DNA from: Blastocystis sp. ATCC 50177/Nand II | Taxonomy: Eukaryota | Direction: 5' to 3' | NCBI GenBank assembly: GCA_039096935.1 | Contig: JBBPEE010000035.1 | Location: 124,001-188,000 of the forward strand | DNA length: 64,000 bases | Made by a program: the position numbers and the translations under genes | The notes under the pieces: generated by a model | Told to the model about the DNA's origin: nothing | Seen by the model: only the letters and a program-made list of their open reading frames with translations | Databases searched by the model: none | Shown: one piece after another, positions 11,361 through 22,807 of the stretch | How positions within the stretch are numbered: position 1 is the stretch's first letter | Layout: each line of letters begins with the position of its first letter

Positions 11361-12322
11361 CACGCTATTGTACAACTCAATATCACTATGCTCTCTAAAG
11401 TACACGATATCGTCAACTCGACGACTGATGGAGTATGTCATGGCCTGAAAAAACATCAAATCTACCCATAACCCACAGTGCAAGCACGCACCCTCCTGAG
11501 AAAGGCGTCTGAAATGGAGAAGCCACTGCACAAGGAAATACAGAAGGGCGCCGTCGCAGAAGAACGTTATCAGTGCAACAACGTCAAATTTCCGGTGGAG
11601 AAACACGATCACGGCGAGAACCGTCGAGAGGGCGATCATGACGATTACGATGGAGAGATAGAGTTTGTTCCGCGACGACAGGCTCACGACGCCGATGATC
11701 ATGGCCAGGCAGTTGAAGAGGATGGATGGATGGAACCGCTGGAGATTCGCCGAAATGATGTTCAGAATCTACATGTCACGCAGCGAAAAAGGCCAAACAA
11801 AAGTGATGACGAAGAGTCCCCAAATGATGTACTCTCGCTGGAGGTAGGGGAGATACTCTCGCGTGATCATCTCCCACTTCTTCAGATTATCCCATGACAG
11901 AATCTATCCTAAAGGCAATGCACGACTCCCTACGCTTCCGGGGTTCATCCTACGACTCATCCACACCTCCAACACTTACAATGGATTTCGGCGACTGATG
12001 ATGATCCTATGATAATAACGAGTACAGAAAGAACCTACGGCGGAGGACTCTGACCATTCGCGGAAGACACTTCCGGAATGCTGATTCCCGAAGCACAGTG
12101 CTCAAGACCGATGGGAACAATAGAGGCAGAGGAATCGTGAGGACTGACTCCAGAAGTGGCTCCCTCTTCTTGAACGGACCCAGAAATGGCAGAAAAGGGT
12201 TTGTACACACTACACTGAATAAAGAGAGTTACCGTAACTCGAAAAGCCCCTCGACCTGATGAAGACTAACGGTGACACAACGCAAAAGAGCCTACAGATA
12301 CCCGTAGTTGGTATAAGAATAC
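11360..12322 (-). CDS. Hypothetical multi-pass membrane protein; stop predicted to be completed by poly(A)
   Basis: Hydrophobic exons (YIIWGLFVITF; LYLSIVIVMIALSTVLAVIVFLH; VVALITFFCDGALLYFLVQWLL); 5' exons uncertain; codon-initial T11360 then 4 nt then TGTTTGTT (11355-11348). Confidence 0.5.
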
Positions 12323-12430
12323 ATCAGGGTTAGAGCGATGCCGTTTTGTGGATTGAGAACAGCAGGATCCAAATAAAGAGCCGATTTTGGCGACTCGTTT
12401 TGCCCTTTCATAACTCTTCAGGGAATTGGA

Positions 12431-12878
12431 ATGTCTGCGAGAGCGTTCGGTAGTCTGCCGCGGCAATTCGCCAAGAGTTGCCGTTTCCAAGCGTAATCCT
12501 CTTTCCCCGTGATGACCCCCAGATCGGGTATTCCCAAGATGGCTTCGAGGCGGTGGGGGAAGACGGAGACGTACTTCGATTTCATGAAGAAAGTGCGCAA
12601 GCCCGTGGTTTCCCTCCCTCGCTCCTTTGACGAAATGGTGGTGCGCTGCCGCACAAGCGAGGTGAGGGCGCGGAGAGGGAAATAACGAGTAGATGCAGCA
12701 TCTTCAGATTGGAGCCCTGTACATGTTCTCCTACGTGTCCAAGGAGCTGCTGGAGGAGATGGAGTCGTTAAAGGATATGCTAAGCGAGGAGGAGATGACC
12801 ACCGAGGAGGACGTTACGTAGTGCTTGAAAGGGTGGGTCACGAGTAGGACAGTAACAACCACCACCGTTAGAACGTGA
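12431..12878 (+). CDS. Small hypothetical protein with presequence-like N-terminus (multi-exon)
   Basis: MSARAFGSLPRQFAKSCRFQ..., GC3-rich exons separated by ~30-nt introns; TGTTTGTT at 12950-12957. Confidence 0.45.
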
Positions 12879-12989
12879 AATGCGCCATTGGGATCATTCC
12901 GGGTTTGCTCCTTCCGTATAGTTCATTCGTGGGTTGTTTTCACTTGGGCTGTTTGTTTTTCACAGTTTCAGTGAATTGGCGTTCATGGC

Positions 12990-13996
12990 ATGTGGGTGCG
13001 GCAGAATGTCCTCTTTCGGCGTTTTGGGACGCAGGTCGTGCTGAAGAAGGCGCTTGGACAGCATCTGCTGAAGGATGAGAATGTGCTGCGAAAACTCGTG
13101 AAGGAGGCGAAAATATCCATTTCTAACATATTGAAGCTTGCTTAATGGGAGAACATTCCAGAAAAGGGCACCGTATTTGAGATTGGACCGGGTTCCGGTC
13201 AACTCACGAAATACCTGCTGCAACAGTGTGACCATGTGGTTTGCATTCCCATATTCATTTCCGATATAGGTGGCGTTGGAAAAGGACCGTGACATGGTGG
13301 CTGTCCTTCAGCAGCGATTTCAACGGGAGATCCAAGATTCAAAACTCACCCTTCTTGAAGGCGATGTGCTAAAGGACCCACTTCCCGCATTTGACGTGTG
13401 TGTGGCCAATATTCCCTATTATGTAACATCATATCCTCCCTCTAAACTGTAGGTGTCTTCACAACTTATCCAGCGCCTCATTCTCTCGCGCCATTTCACC
13501 GAAGAGTATCTCTTCCTCGTTCAAAAGGAGTTCTGTGACAAGCTTATCATGGAGCACGATTTCACGCCATTGAATCACGCATAGCACACGTGCTTCCAAT
13601 CACGACTCCACCTTCCTCACGGTGCTCGTACAGTCCTACTTTAGGGCCTCGAAGTGCTTCGATGTGTCGAGAACTTGTTTCGTTCCTCCACCCAAAGTGA
13701 TTGTCGTCTCCTCCGTGAATTGCAGGTGACGTCGTCAGTCCTCTCCCTCTCGCCACTCTATACAAGGGAGGGAGAAGACGCGGTATCGACAAAACCGGAG
13801 GAGTATGCGCAATTCCTCCGAACCCTCTTCCGAACGAAGAACAAGAGTTTCGTGAAGGTGCTTCAAACGGCATACGGAAAGTGCGCAGACTGCAACATCG
13901 ATCCTGTGGAAACCACCATCCGCATTGAATCCTAGAAGCGCAAAGTGTACCAACTCTCGAGCGAAGAGTACAAGGCCCTCTTCAACTCGTACTTCT
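12990..13996 (+). CDS. rRNA adenine dimethylase (KsgA/DIM1 family), probably organellar; U12-type intron; poly(A)-completed stop
   Basis: MWVRQNVLFRRFGTQVVLKKALGQHLL, VFEIGPGSGQLT, ALEKDRDM, GDVLK, VANIPY, FVPPPK, ending LSSEEYKALFNSYF. Confidence 0.85.
13113..13154 (+). other. U12-type (minor spliceosome) AT-AC intron
   Basis: 5' ATATCCATTT, branch-like TGCTTAAT, 3' AC; contains an in-frame TAA; removal gives EAK|IPEKGTVFEIGPG. Confidence 0.8.
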
Positions 13997-14020
13997 CGCT
14001 TCTTTATTCCAAACACCAAA
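13996..14020. terminator. Overlapping degenerate poly(A) signals of two convergent stop-less genes
   Basis: Plus: TTC T|CGCT TCTTTATT (14001-14008); minus: TTA T|TTGG TGTTTGGA (14015-14008). Confidence 0.6.
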
Positions 14021-14990
14021 TAAGACAGAAGCAATTAACTCCGAATCGGCCTTTCTGCGCGCGGCCCAGAGCATCTTCTTGCCCGCATTCCTCTCCACCT
14101 TCTTTCCCTCCTCCGTCGAATGGTACACCGCATCAATCACCGGATCGTCCTTCTGCTGCTTATGCCGCACCACCATGCCTACCAGCTCCTCTTCCGTCAA
14201 CAGTTCGAACCCGGGATGCTCCTGCAGCTGGTCGTGATGCCAGTTGGCCAAATCCTCCACATCGGTGATGGTGTAGAGAATGCCACCGGGGCGCAGGTAG
14301 TACATGTACTCGGACAGCAGCACTTGGCTACGAGATGACAACCACAATCAACACCCTTCCTGATGATGCGTCGACGATGATTCTTTTCCTTGAAATGGGG
14401 GTCGGGGAAGCAGAAGAACATCTTGGAGAGCTGGCCCTTCCGGATGTAGTTGGACAGGTACTTCATGGCGTTCGTTCGCATCACAGACGCGTTCTGGTAC
14501 TTTCCGGGGTTCTCCTCGCGTAAATTCTTGATGCGCAGGTCAACGTACTCCGTCACCTTCATGCGGATCTCCAAACCGAGAATGAGCTCGTCCGGAAGGA
14601 TGGTGCTAAGTGCCACTGCATATGATGAGACGGAAAAAGAGAAGTACCCGTCAAGCCTCCATAGCCGCAGCCCACATCGAGAATACTCACTTGCCTGCCT
14701 CTGACGCGAAAAGGAGACTCTTACTTTGTTGCAGCTGCATTTTGCTCTTGAGGGGTCAATTCTACGGGTGACGATAGCCAGCCCAGCGCAAACTCGAGTC
14801 GAAGAAAGCGGGGTAGTGCGTCGACCAATCCATGTCATCTGGGGTTTGTGGACTACGCAGTAAGCCGCCTTCTGAACGCTGACTAAGTGAAGGTGTCATT
14901 GTGAGAGAGCGGGTTGCAGTGGGCTCTCTGACGGAAGTAGCGCTTCAGGGGACGGTGGTTTTCCTTCACCTCTTTCTCGGTGGGCTCCAT
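14020..14990 (-). CDS. TRM8: tRNA (guanine-N7)-methyltransferase TRM8/METTL1 (multi-exon)
   Basis: KRYFRQRAHCNPLSHND, ILGLEIRMKVTEYV, RTNAMKYL, FFCFPDPHFKEKNHRRRII, YTITDVEDL, STEEGKKVERN. Confidence 0.92.
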
Positions 14991-15074
14991 TTTTGCCTTC
15001 GAAGAACTCCCGCGGGGAACCGAATGGAGTCGTTTTTTGGAATCAGTACACGTCAAGATTGTCTGAACCCTTTC

Positions 15075-17650
15075 ATGTGCTGTTGCTGTAGAAAGAAAAA
15101 GGATCTCGAGGTGAAGTTCTCTGGACGTCACTGCACCGATCCTCTGTGTCTAGTGCTATTCGCCGCCGCTTGGTTCGTTTCCATTATCGTCCTGATTGCT
15201 GCACATAGAACGGCGGATATGGCTTCGTAGGGGTTGGAAAGCGAATGGACGGTAGTCTGTCAAATGGTCGCGACTACAACGGCAACGTGTGCGGCAGCCA
15301 GACCAATCCGCCCGGATCGGTTGTTTTGAACTGTCCCACGGGAGTCTGCGACCAGGTGTACTATCCGCGTCTCACGGAAGACGTTTCTATTTCTCTGGCC
15401 TTCGTAGATCATTCCGCTGCGTTTGACCGTAGAATACGTCCTTCTCCATGTTTGGCATCTGCCTTCCCTCCTGTCCGTCGGCTCGGGACGTTGTGTGTAC
15501 CTACAACTACACGGTGCTCTCCCATGGTGACTTTTATTGTAGGACAACAAGGGCCTCCCTCCCTTCGATGACGTGATTCAGTGCACGAACGGCGCCTACC
15601 GTCTTACCCACGGCGAGCTGTGCGCCAACTGCTGGGCGGTGCCCCTCAACACCTCGAGCGTCATGTCCCTCCCCATCTCCCGCCTCATCGCTAGGAACCG
15701 CTGCGTGCCCGTGGTCACCACCGTGCGCAAGACGACGGCGCGCTGCGTGATGCCCGAGAGCCCTGCGGACCCGACGGACCCCGCCTACATCGACCCGTCG
15801 TCGCCGTCGTGCCTGGCGCAGTCGGTGGAGGAGACGGAGACGTACACGCGCGCGAGCAGCGAGGACGTGCTGACGAACGCGCTGGTGAGCGTGCAGGTGT
15901 TCGTCAACCGCTACATGAGCGACATTCGCTCCTGCTACCTGGTGCTCGCCGTCGGCGTGGCGGTCTCCTTCGTCCTGGGCTTCGTCTTCCTGGTAGGGTT
16001 TATAATACTCGTTGAGCGTAGCTGCTGCTGAAGACGTGCTCCAAGTTCGTGATCTGGTGCACCATCGTGCTGGGGCTGCTGCTCTGCGTGCTGGTGACGC
16101 TGCTCTGCTTCCAGCAGGCGCAGCTGCTGCCCGTGAACCAGTGGTTCAACTTCCTGGTCTCCACCGGTGACGAGTACTTCCACTGGGGCAACCTCACCTT
16201 CGAGAACATCGTGGAGAACGTGCGCGCGCCGTGTCGCTCTGATCCATAGCTGCCCGACTATCTCGCTTCCAACGACCGCACGGTGGTGTACTGGGAGATC
16301 GCGGCGTACGTGATGGCGGCGTTCACGCTGGTGCTGCTGTTCGTGGTGATCGCCATGGGCCACTCCGTCAACGTGTCCGTGGAGCAGATGAAGAAGGCCA
16401 CCATCGTGCTGGCCCGCACTCCCTCCATCCTGCTGTAGCCGCGCTGTGGCTGAGTCACGCGTAGTGTGCCGATGGTGGTGACGGTGGTGAACGTGGTGCT
16501 GTTCTGCTTCTTCGCGTGGGCGTACTCGCTGACGCTGTCCTCCTCGCTCTCGCTCTCCGACTACACCGACGAGGTGCTGCGCAGCATCGGCGCCGTGGTC
16601 TGTGCGTGTGCGTGTGGGGACTGACGCGCAGCGAAGAACGACACGGCGATGTTATGCGAGGACCCCGAGACCATGACCAACTGCACCTTCATCTCGCGCG
16701 CCATTGAGAAGGGCGCGCCCTCCGACGTGGTGCTGGGCTTCTGGCATCTCTTCATGTTCCTGTGGTCCTCGGGGCTGGTGAACGCCATCGGCGTCATGGC
16801 AGTGGCGGGCACGGTGGGCAAGTGGTACTTCAAGAAGGAGGACGTGGGTGACGGCACGGCGGCTGAGGCGTAGGAGCGCATCAGCATCACGACGCTGTCG
16901 CAGGCGCTGCTGTGCGCGGTGGGCTACCACCTGGGCAGTGCGGCGTACGGCGCGCTGCTGATCAGCCTGATCCAGCTGGCGCGTGCGGTGATGCTGTGAG
17001 CGATGGGGGACGGAGTGAGGCGCAGGTACATCGACAACCGCTTCAAGAAGAGCCAGTCGGGCAACCCGCTGGTGAAGTGCGGCATGAAGTGCTGCCACTG
17101 CTGCCTGTTGTGCCTGGAGAAGTGCATGAAGTACATCTCGCGCAACGCCTACATCCTCGTGATCATGCGCGGCTCCAACTTCTTCAAGTCCTCCGTGGAG
17201 TCCTTCTCACTCCTCGCCTCCAACATCGGCGCCGTCACCGTCCTCAAGTCCGTCTCGACGCTCTTCATCTGGATGGGAAAGGTCGCCAACATCGTCATGT
17301 CCCCGTCGCCGCGCCGCCTCACACATAGCTCCACGCTCGTCGTGCAGGTCATGATCCGCTTCTGCCCCGACTGGATCACGCACCCGATCGTCAGCTTCGT
17401 CGGACCCACCGTCGTCATCGTCATTCTGAGCTATCTCGTCTCCACCATCTTCATTCAGGTCTTCGTCATCGCTGTCGACACCACCATGCTCTGCTACTGC
17501 GAGGACCTCAAGAAGAACGGCACCGACGGCATGGATAAGAAGGCTGCCCAGGCTGCCCAGGCTGCCCAGACGACGCCTGATGCTGCGCCGGCGGAGACTG
17601 CGGCCCCTGCGGAAACAACGGCGGCCGCTCCTGCCGAGGGTGCGCAGTAA
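15075..17650 (+). CDS. Choline transporter-like protein (CTL/SLC44 family, multi-exon)
   Basis: MCCCCRKKK...RHCTDPLCL, NGRDYNGNVCG, YHLGSAAYGALLI, CLEKCMKYISRNAYI, AVDTTMLCYCED; TAA 17648-17650; an upstream ATG at 15024 is also in frame. Confidence 0.9.
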
Positions 17651-17690
17651 GCGAGTAGTTCGTATCCTGTTTGATGAAACGCAATAATCC

Positions 17691-18105
17691 ATGTCCAAAG
17701 ATCGCTTTATCATTCTCCGCTCCTACTTGGATTCGCGCAGCACTGCCAATGTGTCCCTCTTCGAAGTGGGTCCGTTTGGAGGGGATCATTCCGTAGACCC
17801 ACCTGAATGAGTTGGGAATACGCTACGAGGAGATTGAAGGGACGGAGCCAAACAACCATGACATCCGCAACGACCTATTTCGCCTGGCCGGTGAATCTGA
17901 GAACGGGCTGTGATCTTTAGAAATGAAGGGCGGGAGCAGGGAGTATCCACTCTTCTTCATCCTCCGCTCTCCCGACACCATCGAGTTCGTTGGGAACTGG
18001 AATACTGTCCAGAAGCTGATGGACGCCAACAACAACCCACCGTCTTATCTGAAGCAGCACCCCGATATCATGACCGTTAGCCGCCTGTTTTTCAAGGAGG
18101 CCTAA
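17691..18105 (+). CDS. SH3BGR/glutaredoxin-like thioredoxin-fold protein (3 exons)
   Basis: Spliced MSKDRFIILRSY...LGIRYEEIEG...IRNDLFRLA...REYPLFFI...EFVGNWNTVQKLMDAN. Confidence 0.55.
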
Positions 18106-18535
18106 CTATCGCTATTTGTATTGTTTTCTTCACAAACGTGGAAAGTGGAATGGGATTCTTGGATTTGGAGCAACCATCATGAGATGACCCGAATCGCAGG
18201 GATTGTGGATCCCGTTTGTGATTGTATACTTCACGTGAGGAGGAATCCATTAGTGGGTGATAAAGGGAGAGGTGCGGAAATCGCGGAAGCCAAGCCGGAT
18301 TCAAATCAACTCAATAGAATCAGCATTGACATGCTTCTACTTCCACATCTCAAACAAAGAAAGCACATGATGACGCATTCAGCCACACTTCCTTCCATCG
18401 TCACCCACGCACCCTTATCTCACGATACCACACACAGACTCCCAGAATGGCGAGAAGACACTCACATGAAAAGCAGAAACGTAGAAACTTACCCCGATTC
18501 TACCATTCTTTGTGGGAGAAACGGGAGTATTCACG

Positions 18536-19211
18536 ATGTCTCCGTCTGGGTCGAGCATAATACTGAGGCTCAACACGAGCAATCAAAATAAAGTAGACCG
18601 CTCGTTCGTGGTTGTCATCGTAGTACAAAGAGTTTAAAAGACTGTTCTCGAAATATAACATTGATCTCGACGTATCGCACGTGGATCCGTGGAAGAAAAA
18701 TGATGTGTAGCGTGATGTCCGCGAGATTGTCTCGGATCCTTTATCCGTTTCCATTCACAAGGCATCGCAGTTGGGAGAGTACGTGATTACGGAAGATACC
18801 TCCCTTGATATTGAGGGGGAAAAGGTGGGGATTAACGTAAAATGGATGATGGACTCCCTGTCCAAGTTCGTGGGAAAGCATGCAAACTGGAATGTGTTCC
18901 TCGCGATTCTGGTCGCTCTTCTCGCTCTTGGTTACGCGTAGATTCAGGGACAGGTGCACATCTATCGGGGGCAGGTTCAGGGAACGATCGTGAACCCGAG
19001 GGGAGACAGCAACTTTGGGTGGACGTAGCGTGATTCTGTGAGGAGTAGGTTCGACCCCGTTTTTCAGCCCGTCGGCGCGACGAAAACGCTTGCAGAGGAC
19101 AAGCCCGATGAATACAGTGCGCGCGCAAAGGCGGTTGAGAGTTTCGTGAGGGATCAGCCCTACGCGATCGTAAATCCTATCTTTGATTGGGATGGAGAGT
19201 ACCAAGAGTAA
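18536..19211 (+). CDS. Ham1/ITPase-family non-canonical NTP pyrophosphatase (5 exons; not visible in the ORF track)
   Basis: LNTSNQNK|YKEFKRLF, VITEDTSLDIEG, GINVKW, GTIVNPRGDSNFG|FDPVFQP, KTLAE, YSARAKAV; TAA 19209-19211. Confidence 0.85.
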
Positions 19212-19241
19212 ACGAAATGACAATGTTCTTGTCTTTCTTGC

Positions 19242-19254
19242 AACAAACAGAATA
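19242..19254 (-). terminator. Poly(A) signal TGTTTGTT with incomplete stop T
   Basis: Minus strand ACC CTG T|ATTC TGTTTGTT. Confidence 0.8.
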
Positions 19255-19895
19255 CAGGGTGCTAACGATTTTTGACACGTGGATGGGCTTGTCATAGGGC
19301 GGAATGATGGTGGACTTTGTTGTGTCCCGCGGCAGCGCTCTGCGCATATCTAGTCGTCAAGACGCACCGCCGATGCAACCGTAGGCATCCGTTCCGGTTC
19401 CATAGTACTCAAGAATGTGTCTATATACGGAGTACTGCAGTTTCTTGTAGAGGGACACTGCAAGCGCATTATCCACGCGGACGAACAGATCCACAAAGAA
19501 CGCGTTATCTCTATGCGGGAAGCGAATCCACAATCAGCGTACACAAGCTCGGACACGTCCTCGATGTACTTCATGAAGCGCTGACTGTAACCGATACGGC
19601 GGTATTCCGGAGCAATGGTGAGCACAGAAACGTGTCCTCTCCAATCCTTCTTTTCGGGAAGAAGGTCGCCCTCCACCTTTCCCACGCCAATGCCGACAAC
19701 CTCTCCGTTCGGCGCCTCCTCCGCAAAGAACAGGTCTGACCACTTCGTCATGTACGTCAGGTAGAAATCCATCGTGAACTACGCTTCATTCCCTCGTGCT
19801 CCCCCCACAGTGTTCGTCCACTTGTCCAGGTTGTAGTTCGCAACCGTGAACAAATCGTCCGTCGTGAAGAGTCTCATGAAAGAATGAATGGGCAT
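19254..19895 (-). CDS. NAA20: N-terminal acetyltransferase B catalytic subunit; poly(A)-completed stop
   Basis: MRLFTTDDLF..NLDKWTNT, FYLTYMTKW, GKVEG, WRGHVSVLTIAPEYRRIG, EDAY|DMRRALPRD. Confidence 0.9.
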
Positions 19896-19971
19896 GAGGA
19901 GTGCTCCAAGGCAAACAAGGAGTATAGTACAAACGCGGGATAAACAAACAGGGAGTATAGTACAAGCAGAA

Positions 19972-20463
19972 CTAGTTCTCAAAGGTGCGGAGGATGTCCG
20001 AATCGCCTACGTCTCATTTCCCTTCCGTGGAACCCACCGGCATCGATAATGGCAACAGATGACACGCCAAAGTACTTTCCGCAAGCAGTTCCCAGATCCA
20101 GGCAGTTGCCCTGATAGTGGTGAACCGTCGTCTTGGTCAGCATCGCGTAGTACTCGAGCTCCGATTTCCGAAGAGGCGAGCAGTTGTCGGCCACCAGCAG
20201 CAGTTTCGCTATACAGGGTTAGAAGGCGCGTTCTTAAGCAACAGATCACAGGCACGTACCCTTTCCAGAGCGGATGGTCTTCAGCACAGACTTGAAACCC
20301 AGCTGGAATTTGCCGCTGCGAACCACGAGCTGCAGCTTGCTGTTGATGTTGTCGGTAGACTTCTTCTACGCGGGGGGTTAGAGGCCTGAAGGTGCAATGG
20401 AGACAGAGGCAGTGATTCCACAAAGAAACAGGTCCCTACAGCAGACTTGGAGGTAGCAGACAT
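19972..20463 (-). CDS. RPL30: 60S ribosomal protein L30 (eL30), 4 exons
   Basis: [70 protein letters not shown]. Confidence 0.95.
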
Positions 20464-20637
20464 GATAGCAGCGAGTTGGGTCGATAGCACAAAAGAATAC
20501 TGTCATTCATGGAGAATGCACCTCATTGGCAGTTGCCATTCGAGCGCTGGATCGGGTTGTTTTAAAGAGAGCTCTGAACGAAAATACTGCAATTGCATTC
20601 TACCCCAACCGCTAGCTTCTCTCTCCCATTCTTTCCC

Positions 20638-20651
20638 AACAAACACATGCA
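20638..20651 (-). terminator. Poly(A) signal TGTTTGTT with incomplete stop TG
   Basis: Minus strand TGT CAT TG|CATG TGTTTGTT. Confidence 0.75.
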
Positions 20652-21870
20652 ATGACAGTAGGACAGCATCTCCGACGCAGTGGGGCGCTTCGAGGGGTCG
20701 TAACAGAAGATGGCTTCCAACATGGATCGATACTCCCTGGTCGTCACAGCCTCTCTTTGGAGCATACGGAGACACGTCGCGCGGAAGGAGAGTGCTTAGG
20801 GGAATTCGGGCGATGGGCTGGATAGAGGACAAGACTAGAAGGGAGCCGTTTACCTTACTCCATACCTTCTCTATTGCTGCGAGGAACCTGCATTTGGGCG
20901 AGATCCTCCTCGGAAGGGGTTCCTAGGACTAGGAGTCATTCGGTTGCCTTGTCGGTACCGTTTATGATGCTTAGGAGCTGGTCCGCATCCGAATCGAGAG
21001 CGATGAAGAGGGGCGTTCCAACGAGGATTTCGGCGATGACTCTTTGTGATTCCCTTTCCCTCCGCGTACCGCAACCCAGAGACCAGACGTCAATGGCGTA
21101 TCCATAGCGTGTGGCTCCCATGAGCAACTCAGGCGCCCTGCGCATGAGTCCGGAATTAAGTGTGCACCGATAAAAGCGCGAAGTGACGAGCGGTGTGCTG
21201 CGATGGTTCTCGATCGAGCCGACGATCTGTTTGCTGCACCCAAAGTCGCAGAGTTTCGCTTGCATGGACGGTTTTTCCAGCAGGAGAATGTTGGACGGCT
21301 TGATGTCGCGGTGCATGATGTGAAGGGAGTGCAGATAGGCCACTTCTGGAAGTGAGCATGGGCAACATCATCAACCATTGATGATTTGAGGAATGAGGAT
21401 GTCCTTCGGTAGGGAGAGGTTGTGAAGAATGTGATGGGAGAGCGTGGACCCCACATACTCGAGCACCTGTGAGTGAGCGTCACCCCGTTCGACCACGATA
21501 TTGTTCCACACACTCGTCCCCTTCAGTCCTCGTCTCTCTGTGTAGAACTGCTCTTCCCATTACTCCTCCTCATCGAGTGAACCCTTCATGTTGACAAAGT
21601 ACTGTCTGGTTTTGTCGTTGCAGCCCGCTAGAAGCGCCTTGTTGATAGTGCTCTCTCGAGATGCCGCAATCACGCCCCCTACAGCCTGTACGGGAAAAGC
21701 GTCCACTACCCACAATGTCGTCCCGATTCACTCGGATCTGCTTCAGCGCGTACGCCTTTCCATCCGATTTGGCGCGAACGAGAAACACACTCCCAACTAC
21801 ATGTTCCAAACAATCACAAAAGCCAACACGTTCCACTCCCCAGCTTCCGTTCCACTCGGTACACTTCCAT
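20650..21870 (-). CDS. CMGC kinase (GSK3/CDK-like); poly(A)-completed TGA stop
   Basis: MEVYRVERKLGSGT|FGSV, YALK, HRDIKPSN, KLCDFG, SRFYR|APEL, DVWSLG, YDPSKRPTASEML. Confidence 0.85.
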
Positions 21871-21925
21871 TTTGAGAGAGGGAATCTCCCTCCAACTGTG
21901 TCGAACAAACACTGTGCTAAATGGA

Positions 21926-22354
21926 CTACTTTTTCTTTTTCGGATTCACCGGCTGGCTGCTCTTCGGAGGAGCTACACATCAGACCATCCACGAACCCAA
22001 ACCACCCAGTGGCATCTTCGACTTGATGCTCTTCGCTTTGCTCATTTTGTCCTCGTCAGAGTCACTCTCCGACGAAGTGTCCCGATCCTCCATGTTCTTC
22101 TCTTTCCTCCTGCGCTTTTCCCTCAGCAGTTTCTTCTTCAGCACACTCGGTGGCTCCTGCTCCTATCCATCACTTCCTCGCCCATCGACCACTCGTTTAT
22201 GGGGAACGTACTTGGCTCCGAGTCCCAAACGACGTGCTCTTGCGTCGAAGACGGGCTGCTTCGGCTTTTCCTCAGTGCCGGTGGATTCGCCAAGCCACGA
22301 GTCCACGATGTCCAGCGCGTCTTGTTTCAACTCAACCTGCTTGTCGTCGCTCAT
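21926..22354 (-). CDS. Small basic hypothetical nuclear protein (RLGLGAK motif)
   Basis: MSDDKQVELKQDALDIVDSWLG...ARRLGLGAKYVPHK; ends NPKKKK*; TGTTTGTT at 21911-21904. Confidence 0.6.
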
Positions 22355-22618
22355 GGGTGGTATTCTGCACGTCGGTGAGCAGATTGTGGAAAAGGATGGA
22401 GGTCCGAAGAAGGATGAAATGTGTTCCCTTGCTGTGGTTATTGATCGAAAAATGCACTGCCCGTGTAATGGGTGAGAGTGGCAGCATCGATGCGATTGAC
22501 AAGTGTTCTTCGCCTCATCCCTTGACAAGCATCCTTCTCCACTATAATGGACTACCCGTCGTCGTGATGACTAACAGCGAAGATAGACGACGCGTTGACA
22601 GGAAGTCATATTATCATA

Positions 22619-22753
22619 ATGCCTTGTTCCTGTACGAATACGAAGAAGACCTGCAAGAACCCCCATTGCACCTGCGACATCTGCCAGGACTGCGGAAAGT
22701 GCACGCACCCCAACTGCCCCTGCGAGGAGTGCCAGAAGCTTGAGAAGAAGTAA
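22619..22753 (+). CDS. Metallothionein-like Cys-rich peptide (44 aa)
   Basis: MPCSCTNTKKTCKNPHCTCDICQDCGKCTHPNCPCEECQKLEKK*: 11 Cys, 2 His, no Phe/Tyr/Trp; GC3-rich codons; own TGTTTGTT at 22772-22779. Confidence 0.75.
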   Translation: MPCSCTNTKKTCKNPHCTCDICQDCGKCTHPNCPCEECQKLEKK

Positions 22754-22807
22754 GCCGCATCTCAGCTCCTCTGTTTGTTCACAAACACGCCAAATCGATA
22801 AATCACC

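Noticed and set aside
19913..19965. Short direct repeat (ggagtatagtacaa twice) between RPL30 and NAA20
   Set aside because: Looks like a small local duplication around the poly(A) signal; no element or target-site pattern.
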